Below are positions 1-12,727 of a stretch of 64,000 bases of DNA, in pieces. The stretch is from NCBI RefSeq assembly GCF_006345805.1, contig NC_043003.1:15376001-15440000 (forward strand), in the 5' to 3' direction. The notes under the pieces were generated by a model. The model did not search any database. It was not told the origin of the DNA and saw only the letters and a list, made by a program, of their open reading frames with translations. Each line of letters opens with the position of its first letter. Positions within the stretch are counted from its first letter, which is position 1. A program made the translations under genes and the position numbers. Origin of the DNA: Octopus sinensis (lineage: Eukaryota).

Positions 1-67
1 CTGATTCGTCAGACTTTTCATCTAACGATGAAAGTTCGACAGAATGGCAAATAGCCACAGGGGGTAA

Positions 68-460
68 AAGAAAAAGATCAAGAAAAACCAAACAGAAATC
101 GCAACCAAAGCAGGGAGATACCTGAACCCTGAAAACTCCATACACAACAAAACAAGCACCAACACCACAAAAACAATGCTATCAGCGATAGACACAAAAG
201 ACTCCAAACTAATGGAGTACATCACAGGATACACAAACATTTGTGAAGATGACTTTAAAAATAGCAATCATCCACGCACTACACCACCCAAACACATCAA
301 AATACTACACATCACACAAACACAACACCACAAACTCAAAGCCCTCTTCCCAAATGCTGTAGGGGGTTTCCAGAAATATCTGTCCAAAAAACTATATAAA
401 AACCTCCTCGAAGACACATCAAAGAACGAGGAAGCCAAAACTTTCGACACAAGTAAGTAA
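68..460 (+). CDS. Possible C-terminal remnant of LINE ORF1, or A-rich spacer
   Basis: Open frame 68-460 ends 30 nt before the ORF2 frame opens. No diagnostic motif; composition differs from ORF2. Confidence 0.25.
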   Translation, partial: KKKIKKNQTEIATKAGRYLNPENSIHNKTSTNTTKTMLSAIDTKDSKLMEYITGYTNICEDDFKNSNHPRTTPPKHIKILHITQTQHHKLKALFPNAVGGFQKYLSKKLYKNLLEDTSKNEEAKTFDTSK

Positions 461-489
461 CTCTCTGTACTTTCATTTGTGTGTTTTAA

Positions 490-3400
490 AGCACACACCC
501 CAATAGAATCATAGTCAAGATTGGTTGTGTGAATGCGCGTGGCTTGGGGTCTCCTTGGAAACAAGGATACCTCCTAAATGACATCAAGTCACAAGATCTG
601 GGAATCATAGCCATAAGTGAGACCAGACTCCACGAGCCACGGGCCCTAAAGTCCATGTTTGGCGGACAGTTTAACATTTATTTCGCTTCCTGTCTGCCGA
701 GGATGGGCGGTAGTGGCACCGCGGTACTTTTTCACAAGAGCCTGGATCTCGAAGTCAAGACGATATTCGTAGACCCGGAGGGTAGACTGATCGTTCTGGA
801 TGTTGACGGCAGCAATGGGTGCGCTTTTCGACTCGTATCAGTCTACGCACCGCCCTTAACAGGTCGGGCGGATTTCTTTCGACGTCTAGAAGTATTCTTG
901 GGAACGTCTCGTCCTTTACTCTTAGTGGGGGATTGGAATGCTACCTTGGACACGCATGTAGACTACGTGGGTAGAGACAGAAACAGAAGGGGATGCAAAT
1001 GCCTCAGAGACCTGCTCAGACGATTCCAACTGTCTGACAGGTACCGACTCGACCACCCAAATGCACCAACGTGGACATGGAGCAACCGCAGTGGGTCGTC
1101 GAGATCGTATCTAGATAGGATACTGTGTAGGACAGTAGACAAGGATAACTTAGGATGTCCACAATTCCACACAGTCAGCTACACGGATCACAAATTGGTG
1201 ACGTGTACGCTAGACTTAGATAAGGCACATAGACAGGGTCCTGGGTACCGGAAACTGAACGCCTCATTCCCGTCCAGACAAGTTTTCAGAGACCGGATTA
1301 GCACACTAGTAAAGAGGGCTTTGACGGGAGCCATCATCAACAACAAATGGTGGTTTGCCCTCAAGAGAGCAGTAAAAGCAGAAGCGATTAGGTACAGCAA
1401 AGCACTAGCCATAGATAGAAATAGAGTAGAGGGTGAGCTAGTTAAGAAGCTAGAAGAGGCAATTAGAAGCGGCATCGCATCCGACGTTTTGGCGGCGAGG
1501 TTGGCCCTCGACCAACACTTCAACGCCAAACACGAAGGATGTGCTGTCAGAGCTAGGATGCGTGCTCTAAGGAACGAAGGTGTTGGAGCCGCGAGAGAGG
1601 CCCGGGTGGCAGAGGCGCAACAGGGCAACAAAGCCACCATTCGGTCACTGGTAGATGAACAGGGGCGCGAATTGCTCGAGCCAAGTAAAATGTGTGAGGC
1701 CTTTCAGCAGCATTTTGCCCGACTGTTCGGGACGAGTGGAGGGCAAGAACGTAGGGTGGACTTCAGTGCCTACCTACATAGCCTGCCACGACTCTCGACA
1801 AGAAAGGCAGGGTGCTGCGAAGGTGCCATCACGGCGGCGGAAGTGCAGGAAGCGATAGCAGAATGCTCGAGGGACAAATCACCGGGTTTGGATGGTCTGC
1901 CCTACGAGTTTTACAATTGTATGCCAGACTTGTTTGGAGACGTCTTGGCAGCGGTATACTGCAACTGGCAGCAAAACGGGAGCACACCCGGTTTTGTGAG
2001 TCGAGGAGCTGTAACTCTGCTGAAGAAAGATCCAAACAAGGGAAACATTATAGATAACTTTAGACCAATCACGCTGCTCAATGCAGACCTGAAAATTTTG
2101 ACAAAGGTGTTAGCCAAGAGGTTGGCGCTTGTCATCGAGCAACTGGTCGACAACGCACAAACGTGCGCCGTGCCGGGCCGGAGCATCCATGACAACCTCC
2201 ATCTGATGCGCTACATCATAGACAGGGTAGTTAACGAACCTGGCATGGGTGGGGCCCTGATCAACTTGGATCAATCGAAAGCATTTGATAGGGTAGACCA
2301 TCGATACTTGGAGGCAGTCCTGAGAGCGGCTGGTTTCGGTCCCGTCTTCCGCGGCTGGATAGCTGCCTTGTACAGAGGCATCCGTTCAGTAATTCGCGTG
2401 AATGGACATCTATCGAGACCTTTCGACATTGCACGTTCGGTCCGTCAGGGATGCCCCCTCTCGGCGCTTCTATACGTATTGACTCTTGAGCCACTACTGC
2501 GGAAGCTGGCGACTCTAAGGGGCATCCCACGAGAATTGGGATGCGGGACGAGCGTGTCTGCATACGCGGACGACGTCACCGTCATAGTGTCTAGCCACGA
2601 GCACATCGAGCGGGTCGGCGAGACACTGAAAGACTACGAAGCGGTGACAGGAGCAAAAATCAACCGGGAAAAGTCAGTGGGCTTGCGGCTCGGCACCTGG
2701 AGAAGCAAGCCCATGCCGTCCACCAGTACCTCCGTCGTGGGACGCTGGACAGACGGCCCGGTTGAGTTGCTCGGGGTCTGGTTCGGTCCGGACCTCCAAA
2801 TGGAGAAGAACTGGGACGAAACAACGACTAGGGTGGTCACTCTCGCCCAGCAATGGGCCGAGAGGAAACTGTCCCTAAAAGGTCGGGCGGAGGTGGTGAA
2901 CGCGTACATCGCGTCCATCATCTACTACCGCCTGACCGTCGTACCTTGTCCCGACCCTACCATCACCAAACTAGAACGCATCCTCTTCCGCTTCTTGTGG
3001 AAAGGATGCGTCCCGATGGTCAGGCGATCCATTTGCTGTCAACACCCGTTAAAAGGAGGGCTGGGCATGCCGTGGTTGATGATGCGCAGACACGCGCTGA
3101 GACTGCGACATCTCCGGCTCTATGTAGACGACGGTGAACAGGTGTGGTCGCCGTTTGTGAGGCACGCATTCCCGCAACTCGTCTCCATGACCGAACTACA
3201 GTCGTGGATCAAAAAGAGGCCGAGGAAGGGCGAATGGCACCGCGAGTGTCGCGTTGCTCTCAAGCAACTCTGCCGTCCCGGGTCGACCTTGAGTGACTTC
3301 AACACAACCAAAGCATTCTATAGGGGATTAGTGGAGGGGAGGTACGACGACGAGCTCGGGGCAAACCTGGGCGTCGACGAGGAATACCTGACCCGCCTGT

Positions 3401-3949
3401 TTCAAACGACTTTCGGCCCGGGACCTATGGACAACTTCCAGAGATCCCTGGCCTGGCGGTGCTACCGAGAAGCGCTACCCGTTCGGGATAATCTCTATAG
3501 GCATGGCTCGAGAAACACGGGGCCGACCTGCCCCGAGATGCGGGCAGAGCGACGAAACCGCTCTGCACGCAATCGTGCAGTGTCCAGCAATTTCCCACCT
3601 GTGGGCTTATGTCGAACGACTGCTGTCACGTGTGGGACGTGTCGGTTTATCAGCCGAGTCTATCGTTAATATCGTCACGCCTCCTTCCTTCAAACGGGAA
3701 GGAAGAGCTATTTTTATCATACTTGTGGCTATGGCGAAAGAATGTATCTGGTGGACGCGCCTGAAAGGATTAGAGACAAACACTTTCCTCTCTGGTCAAT
3801 CTCTCATCAACTTCTTCAAGTATCACTTGAAGAGGAAAGTGAGAGTAGAGAGGCAAGTTTTGTCTAGTGAATGTTTTAAAAAAAGATGGGTGAATGTAGC
3901 AAGGATGGCACGTATGAATGACGAAGCCACCTTGACTATGATTCTATGA
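490..3949 (+). pseudogene. LINE ORF2 polyprotein (APE endonuclease, reverse transcriptase, CCHC finger) with one +1 frameshift near 3531-3535
   Basis: Motifs IGCVNARG, ISET, GDWNA, YLDRI, YTDH, KSPGLDG, FRPITLLN, DQSKAFD, QGCPLS and YADD in ORF 529-3669. The C-terminus CPRCGQSDETALHAIVQC continues in the 3503-3949 frame; removing one base from the CCCC run joins TCP to RCG. Confidence 0.9.
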
Positions 3950-4340
3950 ACCGTAAAAATTAATACAGAGAGTTGCTTATTTGCAAAAAAAAAAAAAAGA
4001 AATATAACATGTGACTTCATTGACCGAGGTTACCGTGGTCTTTTCCGTAGGCTTTTCTTTCCACGGGTAAACCTCACCTGTTCTCCCCTTTACACTTCAT
4101 ATTGACATTTCTGTGATAACGATCCCTATTGATCAATTTTTTTGCTCTCCCACCCCCTTTTTTTTTATTTTATTTATTTTTTTTTTTATTAACCCCTCCT
4201 TTTTTTTTAGTCCTCTTTCTTTCCTTTTACGATCCCTTTTGATCGAAAACCACCACTCCCTTTTTTTACCCCCAAAAGAAAAGCTCTACCTTGTAATTTG
4301 TTCTATCTGTGTGCAGCCCTGTGTGGCTAATAAAGAAACA
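490..4340 (+). mobile_element. Tx1-clade (L1 group) non-LTR retrotransposon, ORF2 plus 3' UTR; 5' extent uncertain
   Basis: APE endonuclease, RT and CCHC motifs in ORF2. 3' UTR has a stem-loop (4026-4075) and AATAAA at 4329-4334, followed by GAAACA and (TATC)n. Confidence 0.9.

Positions 4341-4408
<68 letters not shown>
4341..4408. repeat. (TATC)n microsatellite at the LINE 3' end
   Basis: Direct reading. Confidence 0.95.
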
Positions 4409-5035
4409 CATCCACTCCTCCCTCCCTCCCTCCATCCACCCACATATACATTTATATAACTTTCACCACTCTTGCTCACAGCTTCCACAATACGACACCT
4501 CACACTCATTCCCTTACTCACACTTCTATCACACGCCCACATTCCTTTTGCCTCCTGCTTTGTCGCACACTCGTGTCTACTTCCACCTTATCACTTCCAC
4601 GTTTTCCCCACGCACATGTAAACACTTTACACTAACGCACACAACTATAATTCCGTCCAAACATACCACTATGCATACACGCACCACAGAACCACACACA
4701 CACGCGCACACACACACATACACACATACACTCACACTCATACACACACCCAAACACGCACCCACACGCACGCACACAAACACACACAGACACAAACACA
4801 CACACAGTTCTCAACCCTAATACCTAGTTCAAAACACGGATTACCCCATATTGGTGCCTAGACACATACTCTCCCTTTCTCTCTTTCTCCATTTCTCCCT
4901 TCTCCATTCACCCTTCTTAAGTCCCACCATTGAACCGAATTCCCACCCGGCCCCTAATCCCTTAGCCGTTGATATCTTCTCTTCTCAGCCATTCCCCCTT
5001 ATTCACACCTCTACTTTACTTTTCTTCTTTGCTGT

Positions 5036-5071
5036 TGTTCTGGTGATGGAATAACGTCCGAAACGTTAGTA
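5036..5071 (+). ncRNA. Degenerate minimal hammerhead-like motif
   Basis: TGTT CTGGTGA T GGA ATAACG TCC GAAAC GTT AGTA; core position A6 is G and stem I is weak. Confidence 0.4.
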
Positions 5072-5222
5072 TATTTGCCCTTCCTTTTAAATGTTAAACT
5101 AAAATACTATTTGTTAAAACTTATCTCTCATGTATTGTCTTTTCCTTTCCCTTTCTCCTTCCTCCTCTCTCTGCATATATATATATATACTTTATTTTAA
5201 GCAGCAGAAAATTCAACAAAAT

Positions 5223-5260
5223 CTGTTACTCTGAGTTTCTCGTTGCCGTTCATCAGACAG
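5223..5260 (-). ncRNA. Minimal type I hammerhead ribozyme (inverted pLTR copy)
   Basis: Reverse complement reads CTGT CTGATGA ACGGCAACGA GAAAC TCAGA GTA ACAG. Confidence 0.8.
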
Positions 5261-5467
5261 TTTTTGCTAGAATGGAACATATATATTAATTCAATCTATA
5301 CTCTTACAAACGCTACACCTTTAAAAAGAAATGGACTTGTTTGATTGGCCCTTTAGAAAAAAACGGTCAATCTTCGAGCGATAAACAAAAAGGTCAAAAA
5401 TATATGTATATATATATAAAAAAAACTTATAAAAATTATAAAAATTATAAAATCCGAGGAAAAAACC

Positions 5468-6828
5468 TTAGGACGTTGCTCCTAAGGGCATTGGACTTCG
5501 CCAAGCAGTATGTCAACATCGATAGCTCGGAAATTGAAATTATTATGCATGCGAGGAAATCGCTTCTGTTTTTCGAGGATTCCACCTAGATTAAGAAGAC
5601 TGAGGATTCTCTTTTCGATGTACCGATGGGGGCATACGACGGGGCTGAATTATGTATGCTCATAGGAGCCTTTATTCTCCATAATCTAAAAATAGAATTC
5701 CCATTTATAGATGCAGGTCTATATAGGGATGACGGCCTTATAGCCACGCATAATCTAAACGGCCATGAATCAGATAGACTTAGGAAGGACCTTATAGCTT
5801 TCTTTCAAAGGATGGGCTTACGGATTACGATAGATACTAACCTGAATAGTGTAGATTTTTTAGACGTAAATTTTAATGTAAGATCGGATAGATTTAAACC
5901 TTTCCGTAAGCCCAATGAAAAGCTATCGTATATTAGCAAAGATTCGAACCATCCACCAGTTATCCTTAGCAACTTAGTCAGCAATGTAGGTAGAAGAATA
6001 TCTTCAATTTCTTCGGACGAGTCAGCATTCCATAATGCTGCACCTTATTACGATAGCGCATTAAAGAATAGTGGATTCTCGGAGAAGATCCAGTTCAACC
6101 AGCTTAATGCTAATAATAATGCTGCACGAAGAACTAGGACCAGGAAAGTTTTGTGGTTCAACCCGGCTTTCAATTTGGCCGTAAAGACTAATATAGGTAA
6201 GGAATTTTTGAGATTAGTCTCTAAGCATTTTAAGCAGGGTCATAAATTCTGCAGAATATTTAATAGAAGAACCCCGAAGGTTAGCTATTCTTGTTGCAGA
6301 AATTTCGCCTCTTACATTAGCCAACATAATAGGAAGCTAATTGAGATTAGACATGGTGCCGAGCCCATTAAGAAATGTAATTTCAAAAGCGAAAGCTCCT
6401 GTCCGTTAGAAGGGAAATGTCTAGTGAAAGGAGTAGTTTATAGAGCCAAGGTGCAAGTGGAAGGCTCATCGGAATACAAGACATACACAGGGGCTTCAGA
6501 AAATTCATTTAAAACAAGATTTTATTCTCATAAGAATTCTTTTAAATACCCAGAGAATAGGAAGAAAACCAGCCTAGCAAAATATGTCTGGGAACTAAAA
6601 GAAAAGGAAGCCCCACCTTTCAACGTGACATGGAGCATTCTGGACAGGGCGGCACCATACAGGCATGGAGCTTACAAATATAATTTCAAGTGCAAGCTTT
6701 GCTTATTAGAAAAAATGCACATATTATTCAAAGACAATAATTCTTTGAATCAAAGAAGTGAGTTAATGAACTTATGTAGGCACGCGGCTAAATTTAAAAT
6801 GTCGAATATAAATATACCATATGGATAG
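5468..6828 (+). pseudogene. PLE reverse transcriptase C-terminal half, Cys-rich linker and GIY-YIG endonuclease; in-frame TAG at 5587-5589
   Basis: MGAYDGAELC, YRDDG and FLD motifs; linker KCNFKSESSCPLEGKC; GVVY...YTG...RFYSH; CKLC..EK..LN.RSE..CRH. ORF 5341-5589 is in the same frame as 5626-6828. Confidence 0.9.
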
Positions 6829-7822
6829 AGTATATATTTTGTATTTTGATTTTGATTTTGATTTTGACTCTTAAGCGCTACGACGGATCTATAGCAAAGT
6901 CTTATTGTTTCTACATATATATTAGGAAAAACCTACAAACTTTGTTTTCATGTTATTGTATTGCATAGGATTACCTTGATTATTTATAAATGACCCAAAA
7001 TAGGATGTTATATTATTTTAATGTCTTTCGTATATATTTTTATTAATGCACCCATTTTTTAAAAGCAATGTTTTTTTAAAAAAAGCAATGTTGTCAAATT
7101 TAGAATGTTTATATAAGTTTGTGTATAGCAAAGCATATGTATTTGTAAGCATGCGTATCTGTGTATGTGTAAGTGAAAGTATGCTTGTGCTTAAGCACGC
7201 ATACACACGACGGTATGTATATGTATCAATTCAAACTTGTGTATGTATACTGGCCTCTATAGATGCCAATAACATCGCTACAAGTTTCCCCCCACCCCTC
7301 TTTCGTTCCTTTTTCTCTCTTCCCTTTCTTTCGTTCCCCCTCCTTGCTCAGTATATGAGAATTGCTACATAGATGAATTTTAGCTTGCGTGCGAGACGGT
7401 TTGCGTGAATATATGTACACATGCTTTTATGTGTATAATTTAGATTCATATTCATACGTCTGTATATGTATGTATGGCGTTTACGCGCATCCTTTTGTGT
7501 ATGTTGATATATATATGTGGATTTTAATATAAATATGTATTGCAGTATTTATAGCAGGTTTAATTTCTATGCATTAATTTGTACTGTCTTCATTAACGGC
7601 AATAGGTTTTTTTCTCGGTTTTTTCCTCGGATTTTATAATTTTTATAATTTTTATAAGTTTTTTTATATATATATACATATATTTTTGACCTTTTTGTTT
7701 ATCGCTCGAAGATTGACCGTTTTTTTCTAAAGGGCCAATCAAACAAGTCCATTTCTTTTTAAAGGTGTAGCGTTTGTAAGAGTATAGATTGAATTAATAT
7801 ATATGTTCCATTCTAGCAAAAA

Positions 7823-7860
7823 CTGTCTGATGAACGGCAACGAGAAACTCAGAGTAACAG
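7823..7860 (+). ncRNA. Minimal type I hammerhead ribozyme in the PLE 3' pLTR
   Basis: CTGT CTGATGA ACGGCAACGA GAAAC TCAGA GTA ACAG; stem I CTGT/ACAG; GUA cleavage triplet. Confidence 0.85.
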
Positions 7861-8224
7861 ATTTTGTTGAATTTTCTGCTGCTTAAAATAAAGCATATTA
7901 CTCTACCACTGGTATTTGAGTACTCTTTTTTCCACCTTGTTTCACATTTATGTGTTTACTCCGGTATATATATATATATATATATATATAGGTAAACAGT
8001 AAAAATAATTACAGACATGGACAAGAACATGAAACACCACAGAGACGACACAAGAACCACAGGACGGGACATTCGAAGCCCTCAGTCATCAGTCAAGAAC
8101 CAGATCATCTTAGCAATTTCGGCTGATTAATCTTGAGATTGCTCCGATATGGCCAGCCCGCCAAGGGAAATCTAAGCCAAGCGCATTAGATCCCCTGGAA
8201 GAAAGCTTCGAATATATATGTATG

Positions 8225-8255
<31 letters not shown>

Positions 8256-8369
8256 GTATATATATATGTATATATATATGTATATATGATGTATAAAAAT
8301 ATGTAACATACTAATAAATATCTGTAAATATAAAACCATCCGGATTTCTGAGCACCTCATTTCTTTTTC

Positions 8370-8403
<34 letters not shown>

Positions 8404-9420
8404 TCATACATTTGAACAACTTATAGATTTCAAAAATCTAATCAACAGCATAAACTATAATATTACCTTTACCATGGAATACAGTAAAAGTTAGTCCTGG
8501 ATATACTAATCATTAAAAGAAATAAGATCATGGAAACAGTTATTCACTACAAACGAACAGATTCTAAATAGTGCTTACTATTCTCCTCATGCCATCCCAA
8601 ACACACGAAGAATAATATCCTCTTCAATCTAGCAAGAAGAATCTGTACAATTGTCTCAAAACCTGAAACTCGCAAAAAAAAAAAAGACTCCAGAAACTTA
8701 AATAAGTACTACTTAAAAAACAATATTCATTAATGGAACAATATTCATTAATTTCCATTCCCCTTCGATATAATTAAGTATTGTAAGTTTTTGGATAATT
8801 TTCGGATTTTAAAAGTTGGCATTTCTTTATTGCCAACGTGGAACGGCGTCTGCGCAGTAGATTTTGAAAAAAAAACTAGGATGTATAAACAAGAGGCACA
8901 TAGTTGATCGCCTCGTATTTTATATATTTAATCTAAGGTGTACCCGTTGAAGAAGATTTCACCTAGCGAATATTATTTATTTGCTAAACTAAAATCAGAA
9001 ACCAATTGGTCCAGGAAACTAGATGGTTAAAAGTTTTTATTTTTTCATTTCGTTCCTTTCGGGATTTTATCCCTAATTTTGTGGTTTTGGAACCTAGCTG
9101 TTCTTTCTAGCGTGATGAATCCCATGAGTGGATTCCTTATGTGTTTAAATATACACTGTATTTTATGAGTAATACATAGTCTTTGGACTAAATTTTTACA
9201 CGTTAGGTCACTGGAAGTGAACATTTCTTTTAATTTCCATTTCTCTTCGATATATATATATATAAGTAGTTGAATGAATTATCTTAGTATGGATAATTCG
9301 GTTAACCGATACCTGGGTAGCAAATTCACGTCAGAAAAACACGGTTGAAGCTACATGCCAAGGGCAGAGATCACGTGCTTTCGTGTGGAAATTTGTGTGT
9401 TTTTTTAAATACAAATAAAT

Positions 9421-9500
9421 GAAAGAATAGAGTTGAACGACGATTTAACAAATTCAACGAGAATAAAGGAATTTTGTTAAATCGTCGTTCAACTCCATTC

Positions 9501-9504
<4 letters not shown>
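9421..9504. repeat. Inverted repeat with ~35-bp arms, inside a repeat family also seen at ~63580-63760
   Basis: GAAAGAATAGAGTTGAACGACGATTTAACAAATTC paired with GAATTTTGTTAAATCGTCGTTCAACTCCATTCTTTC. Confidence 0.8.
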
Positions 9505-9546
<42 letters not shown>

Positions 9547-10052
9547 TTTTGTTTTCCATTTGTTTCTCTCGTTCTTCGCATACCCAGGTTTGCCTTCGTA
9601 TTTCATGTTTTCGTATTTCACGTTGTTTATGTTTTGTGACGTCCTGTACCCTTATATTCATATATCATGTACCCTTATATATATATATATATATATATAT
9701 ATGATTTTTTTGTAGAAGTTACAGACATAGAGCGCAGTAAATTATTTAGGCCAACACAAAGGTCTCTTACATTGGATCGGCCTAAGTAACAATATACATA
9801 CATAATGTATGTATGTATGTATGTATGTATGTATGTATGTATGTATGTATTTATGTACATATGTATGCGTATATGTTGTGTGTGTGTGTACAGATTGTGG
9901 TTATGTTAGATAAATGTCCAGGGAAAATAATACAATGAGATTTCACCGTTTGCCTTCTTAAAAACCTCCAGAGGAAGAAATTCGATAATATACCATGAAA
10001 GTGATTATATTCATAATCATTGCCTGTAGATAATGAAGTATTATGTTAATGA

Positions 10053-10439
10053 GCGGAGGCGCAATGGCCCAGTGGTTAGGGCAGCGGACTCGCGGTCGTA
10101 GGATCGCGGTTTCGATTCCCAGACCGGGCGTTGTGAGTGTTTATTGAGCGAAAACACCTAAAGCTCCACAAGGCTCCGGCAGGGGATGGTGGTGATCCCT
10201 GCTGTACTCTTTCACCACAACTTTCTCTCACTCTTACTTCCTGTTTCTGTTGTACCTGTATTTCAAAGGGCCGGCCTTGTCACTCTCTGTGTCACGCTGA
10301 ATATCCCCGAGAACTACGTTAAGGGTGCACGTGTCTGTTGAGTGCTCAGCCATTTACAAGTTAATTTCACGAGCAGGCTGTTCCGTTGATTCGGATCAAC
10401 CGGAACCCTCATCGTCGTAACCGACGGAGTGCTTCCATA
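10053..10439 (+). mobile_element. tRNA(Arg)-like-headed SINE, tail type A, full length
   Basis: A box TGGCCCAGTGG and B box GGTTTCGATTCCC; 14-bp TSD TATTATGTTAATGA at 10039-10052 and 10440-10453. Resemblance to octopus OR SINEs is from memory. Confidence 0.85.
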
Positions 10440-10834
10440 TATTATGTTAATGAATATGTTCCGATGTCCCTGTTACGTTTTATAGAAATAGTAATGACAA
10501 AAAGAAAAAGTAAAAAACAAAAATGCAGAATGAAAGACCAATAGTCATTATACTACAAAATCGAATGAATACGGTAGAAAGGAGCTTATAACACATCGAT
10601 TAAAGTGAAATACCGAACGATGGAACGAAACAGTGGTTTCCAAGTTGCAATTACAGGTTGCAATTACACACCAGCACACACACATGCGCACGCACACACA
10701 CATGCACACGCACACACACACACACATGTATGTGTGCACTTCATATTCAAGGATCCGCTAAAGCTATAGAATGTTAGCCGTGTACCCAACTAGGAGTCCA
10801 CCGCATCACTGAGCAGAAACAGCTGTAAGCTCAT

Positions 10835-11435
10835 CCATCCCTCCCTCCCTCCCTCCCTCCATCCATCCATCCATTCATCCATCCTTCCTTCCATCCATCC
10901 ATTCATACATCCATCCATGTGTGTATGTATGTATGTATGTATGTATGTATGTATGTATGTATGTATGGATGGATGCATGTATGTATGAATGTATGTATGT
11001 ATGCATGTATGATTGTATGTATGTATGTATGTGTGTATGTATGTATGTATGTATGTATGTATGTGTGCATGTATGTATGTATGCTTGTATGTATGTATGT
11101 ATGTATGTATATATGTGTGTATGTATGTATGTATGTATGTATGATTGTATGTATGTATGTATGTATGTATGTATGTATGTATGTATGTATGTATGATTGT
11201 ATGTATGTATGTATGCATGTATGTATGTATGTATGTGTGTATGTATGTATGTATGCATGTATGTATGTATGCATGCATGTATGATTGTATGTATGTATGT
11301 ATGTGTGTATGCATGTTTGTATGTATGTATGTGTGTATGTATGTATGTATGCATGCATGTATGTATGTATGGTATGTATGTATGTATGTATGTATGAATG
11401 TATGTATGTATGTATGTATGTATGTATGAGTGTAT
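10835..11435. repeat. (TCCA)n/(TATG)n compound microsatellite
   Basis: Direct reading. Confidence 0.95.
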
Positions 11436-11912
11436 GTATCGTTGTTTAAACGACTGAGTGGACAAACGAAAGAAGGGTACTTAATGTATTTTATTGGGAG
11501 TTACATGTATGGCTCAAACCGCTTTGATCCATATAATTGTTTAAACATAGACTGCGTGGTCAAGATGCTTGCTTTCCAGCCTCGTGCTCTCAGGTTCAAT
11601 CCCACTGTTTAGTATCTTGATCAAGTGTTTCCTATTATAGCCCCTGGTTGACCAATGCTTTGTGGGTGACTTTGGTAGACGGAGCATATGTGGAAGTTTG
11701 TCGTTCTGGTAACTGCATTAGTCATGTCGCTTAAAACCGGCTGAACATTTTTTTTTAAATGAAAGTTAATACAATAAAACCTTCAGTCTAATACTGAGTG
11801 TTTTTTCTCAAGAACACAATGCATACTCGGTCCAGGAATCGAAACCGCAATCTTACAATCATGAGTCAAGCACTACGACCACTACGCCATGCGTCTCCAC
11901 GTGGCGCCGTGG

Positions 11913-12276
11913 TACTCCGTCAGTTACGACGACGAGGGTTCCAGTTGATCTGATCAACGGAACAGCCTGCTCGTGAAATTAATGTGCAAGTGGCTGAGCA
12001 CTCCACAGACACGTGTGCCTCTTAACGTAGTTCTCGGGGAGATTCAGCGTGACACAGAGTGACAAGGCTGGCCTTTTGAAATACAGGTACAGCAGAAAAA
12101 GGAAGAAAGAGTGAGAGAAAGTTGTGGTGAAAGAGTACAGCACGGCTCGTCCCACCTGCCGGAACTTCGTGGAGCTTTTAGATGCTTTCGCTCTATAAAC
12201 ACTCACAGCGCTCGGTCTGGGAATCGAAACCGTGATCCTATGACCTCGAGTCCGCTGCTCTAACCACTGGGCCATT
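11913..12276 (-). mobile_element. tRNA(Arg)-like SINE, tail type A
   Basis: Reverse-complement homolog of 10053-10439. Confidence 0.85.
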
Positions 12277-12286
12277 AAAAAAACAA

Positions 12287-12727
12287 TTTATTGCCCACAA
12301 GGGGCTAAACATAAAAGGGACAAACAAGGGCAGACAAAGGGATCAAGACGATTACATCGACTCCAGTGCGTAACCGGTACTTATTTAATCGACCCTGAAA
12401 GGATGAAAGTCAAAGTCGACCTAGGCGGAATTTGAACTCAGAACGTCACGGCAGACGAAATACCACTAAGCATTTCGCCCGGCGTGCTAACGTTTCTTAT
12501 TTCTTTATTGCCCACAAGGGGCTAAACATAGAGGGGACAAACAAGGACAGACAAAGGGATTAAGTCGATTACATCGATCCCAGTGCGTAACTGGTACTTA
12601 TTTAATCGACCCGAAAGGATGAAAGGCATAGTCGACCTCGGCGGAATTTGATCTCGGAACGTAACGGCAGACGAAATACCACTAAGTATTTCGCCCGGCG
12701 TGCTAACGTTTCTGCCAGCTCGCCGCC
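12287..12727 (-). mobile_element. tRNA-headed SINE with Meta-like central domain, two tandem bodies
   Basis: Head GGCGGCGAGCTGGCAGAAACG, B-box-like GAGTTCAAATTCC, core GCCTTTCATCCTTTCGGGGTCGATTAAATAAGTACCAG. Confidence 0.85.

Larger units (their letters stand above)
5190..7965 (+). mobile_element. 5'-truncated Penelope-like element with an inverted pLTR copy at its 5' end
   Basis: RT plus GIY-YIG ORF; 5190-5467 is the reverse complement of 7617-7893; (TA)n on both flanks. Confidence 0.9.

Noticed and set aside
8060-8095. CTGATGA...GAAT...GTC on the minus strand (also ~31415-31447)
   Set aside because: Lacks A15.1 and has no stem I pairing, so it is not scored as a hammerhead.
10053-10125. 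SINE heads as tRNA genes
   Set aside because: A and B boxes are present, but there is no complete cloverleaf or terminator, and each continues into a SINE body.
10790-11612. Many overlapping ORFs (HTYI, MYVC, YLSI repeats), here and at 31529-32218
   Set aside because: Translations of tetranucleotide microsatellites; no coding signal.
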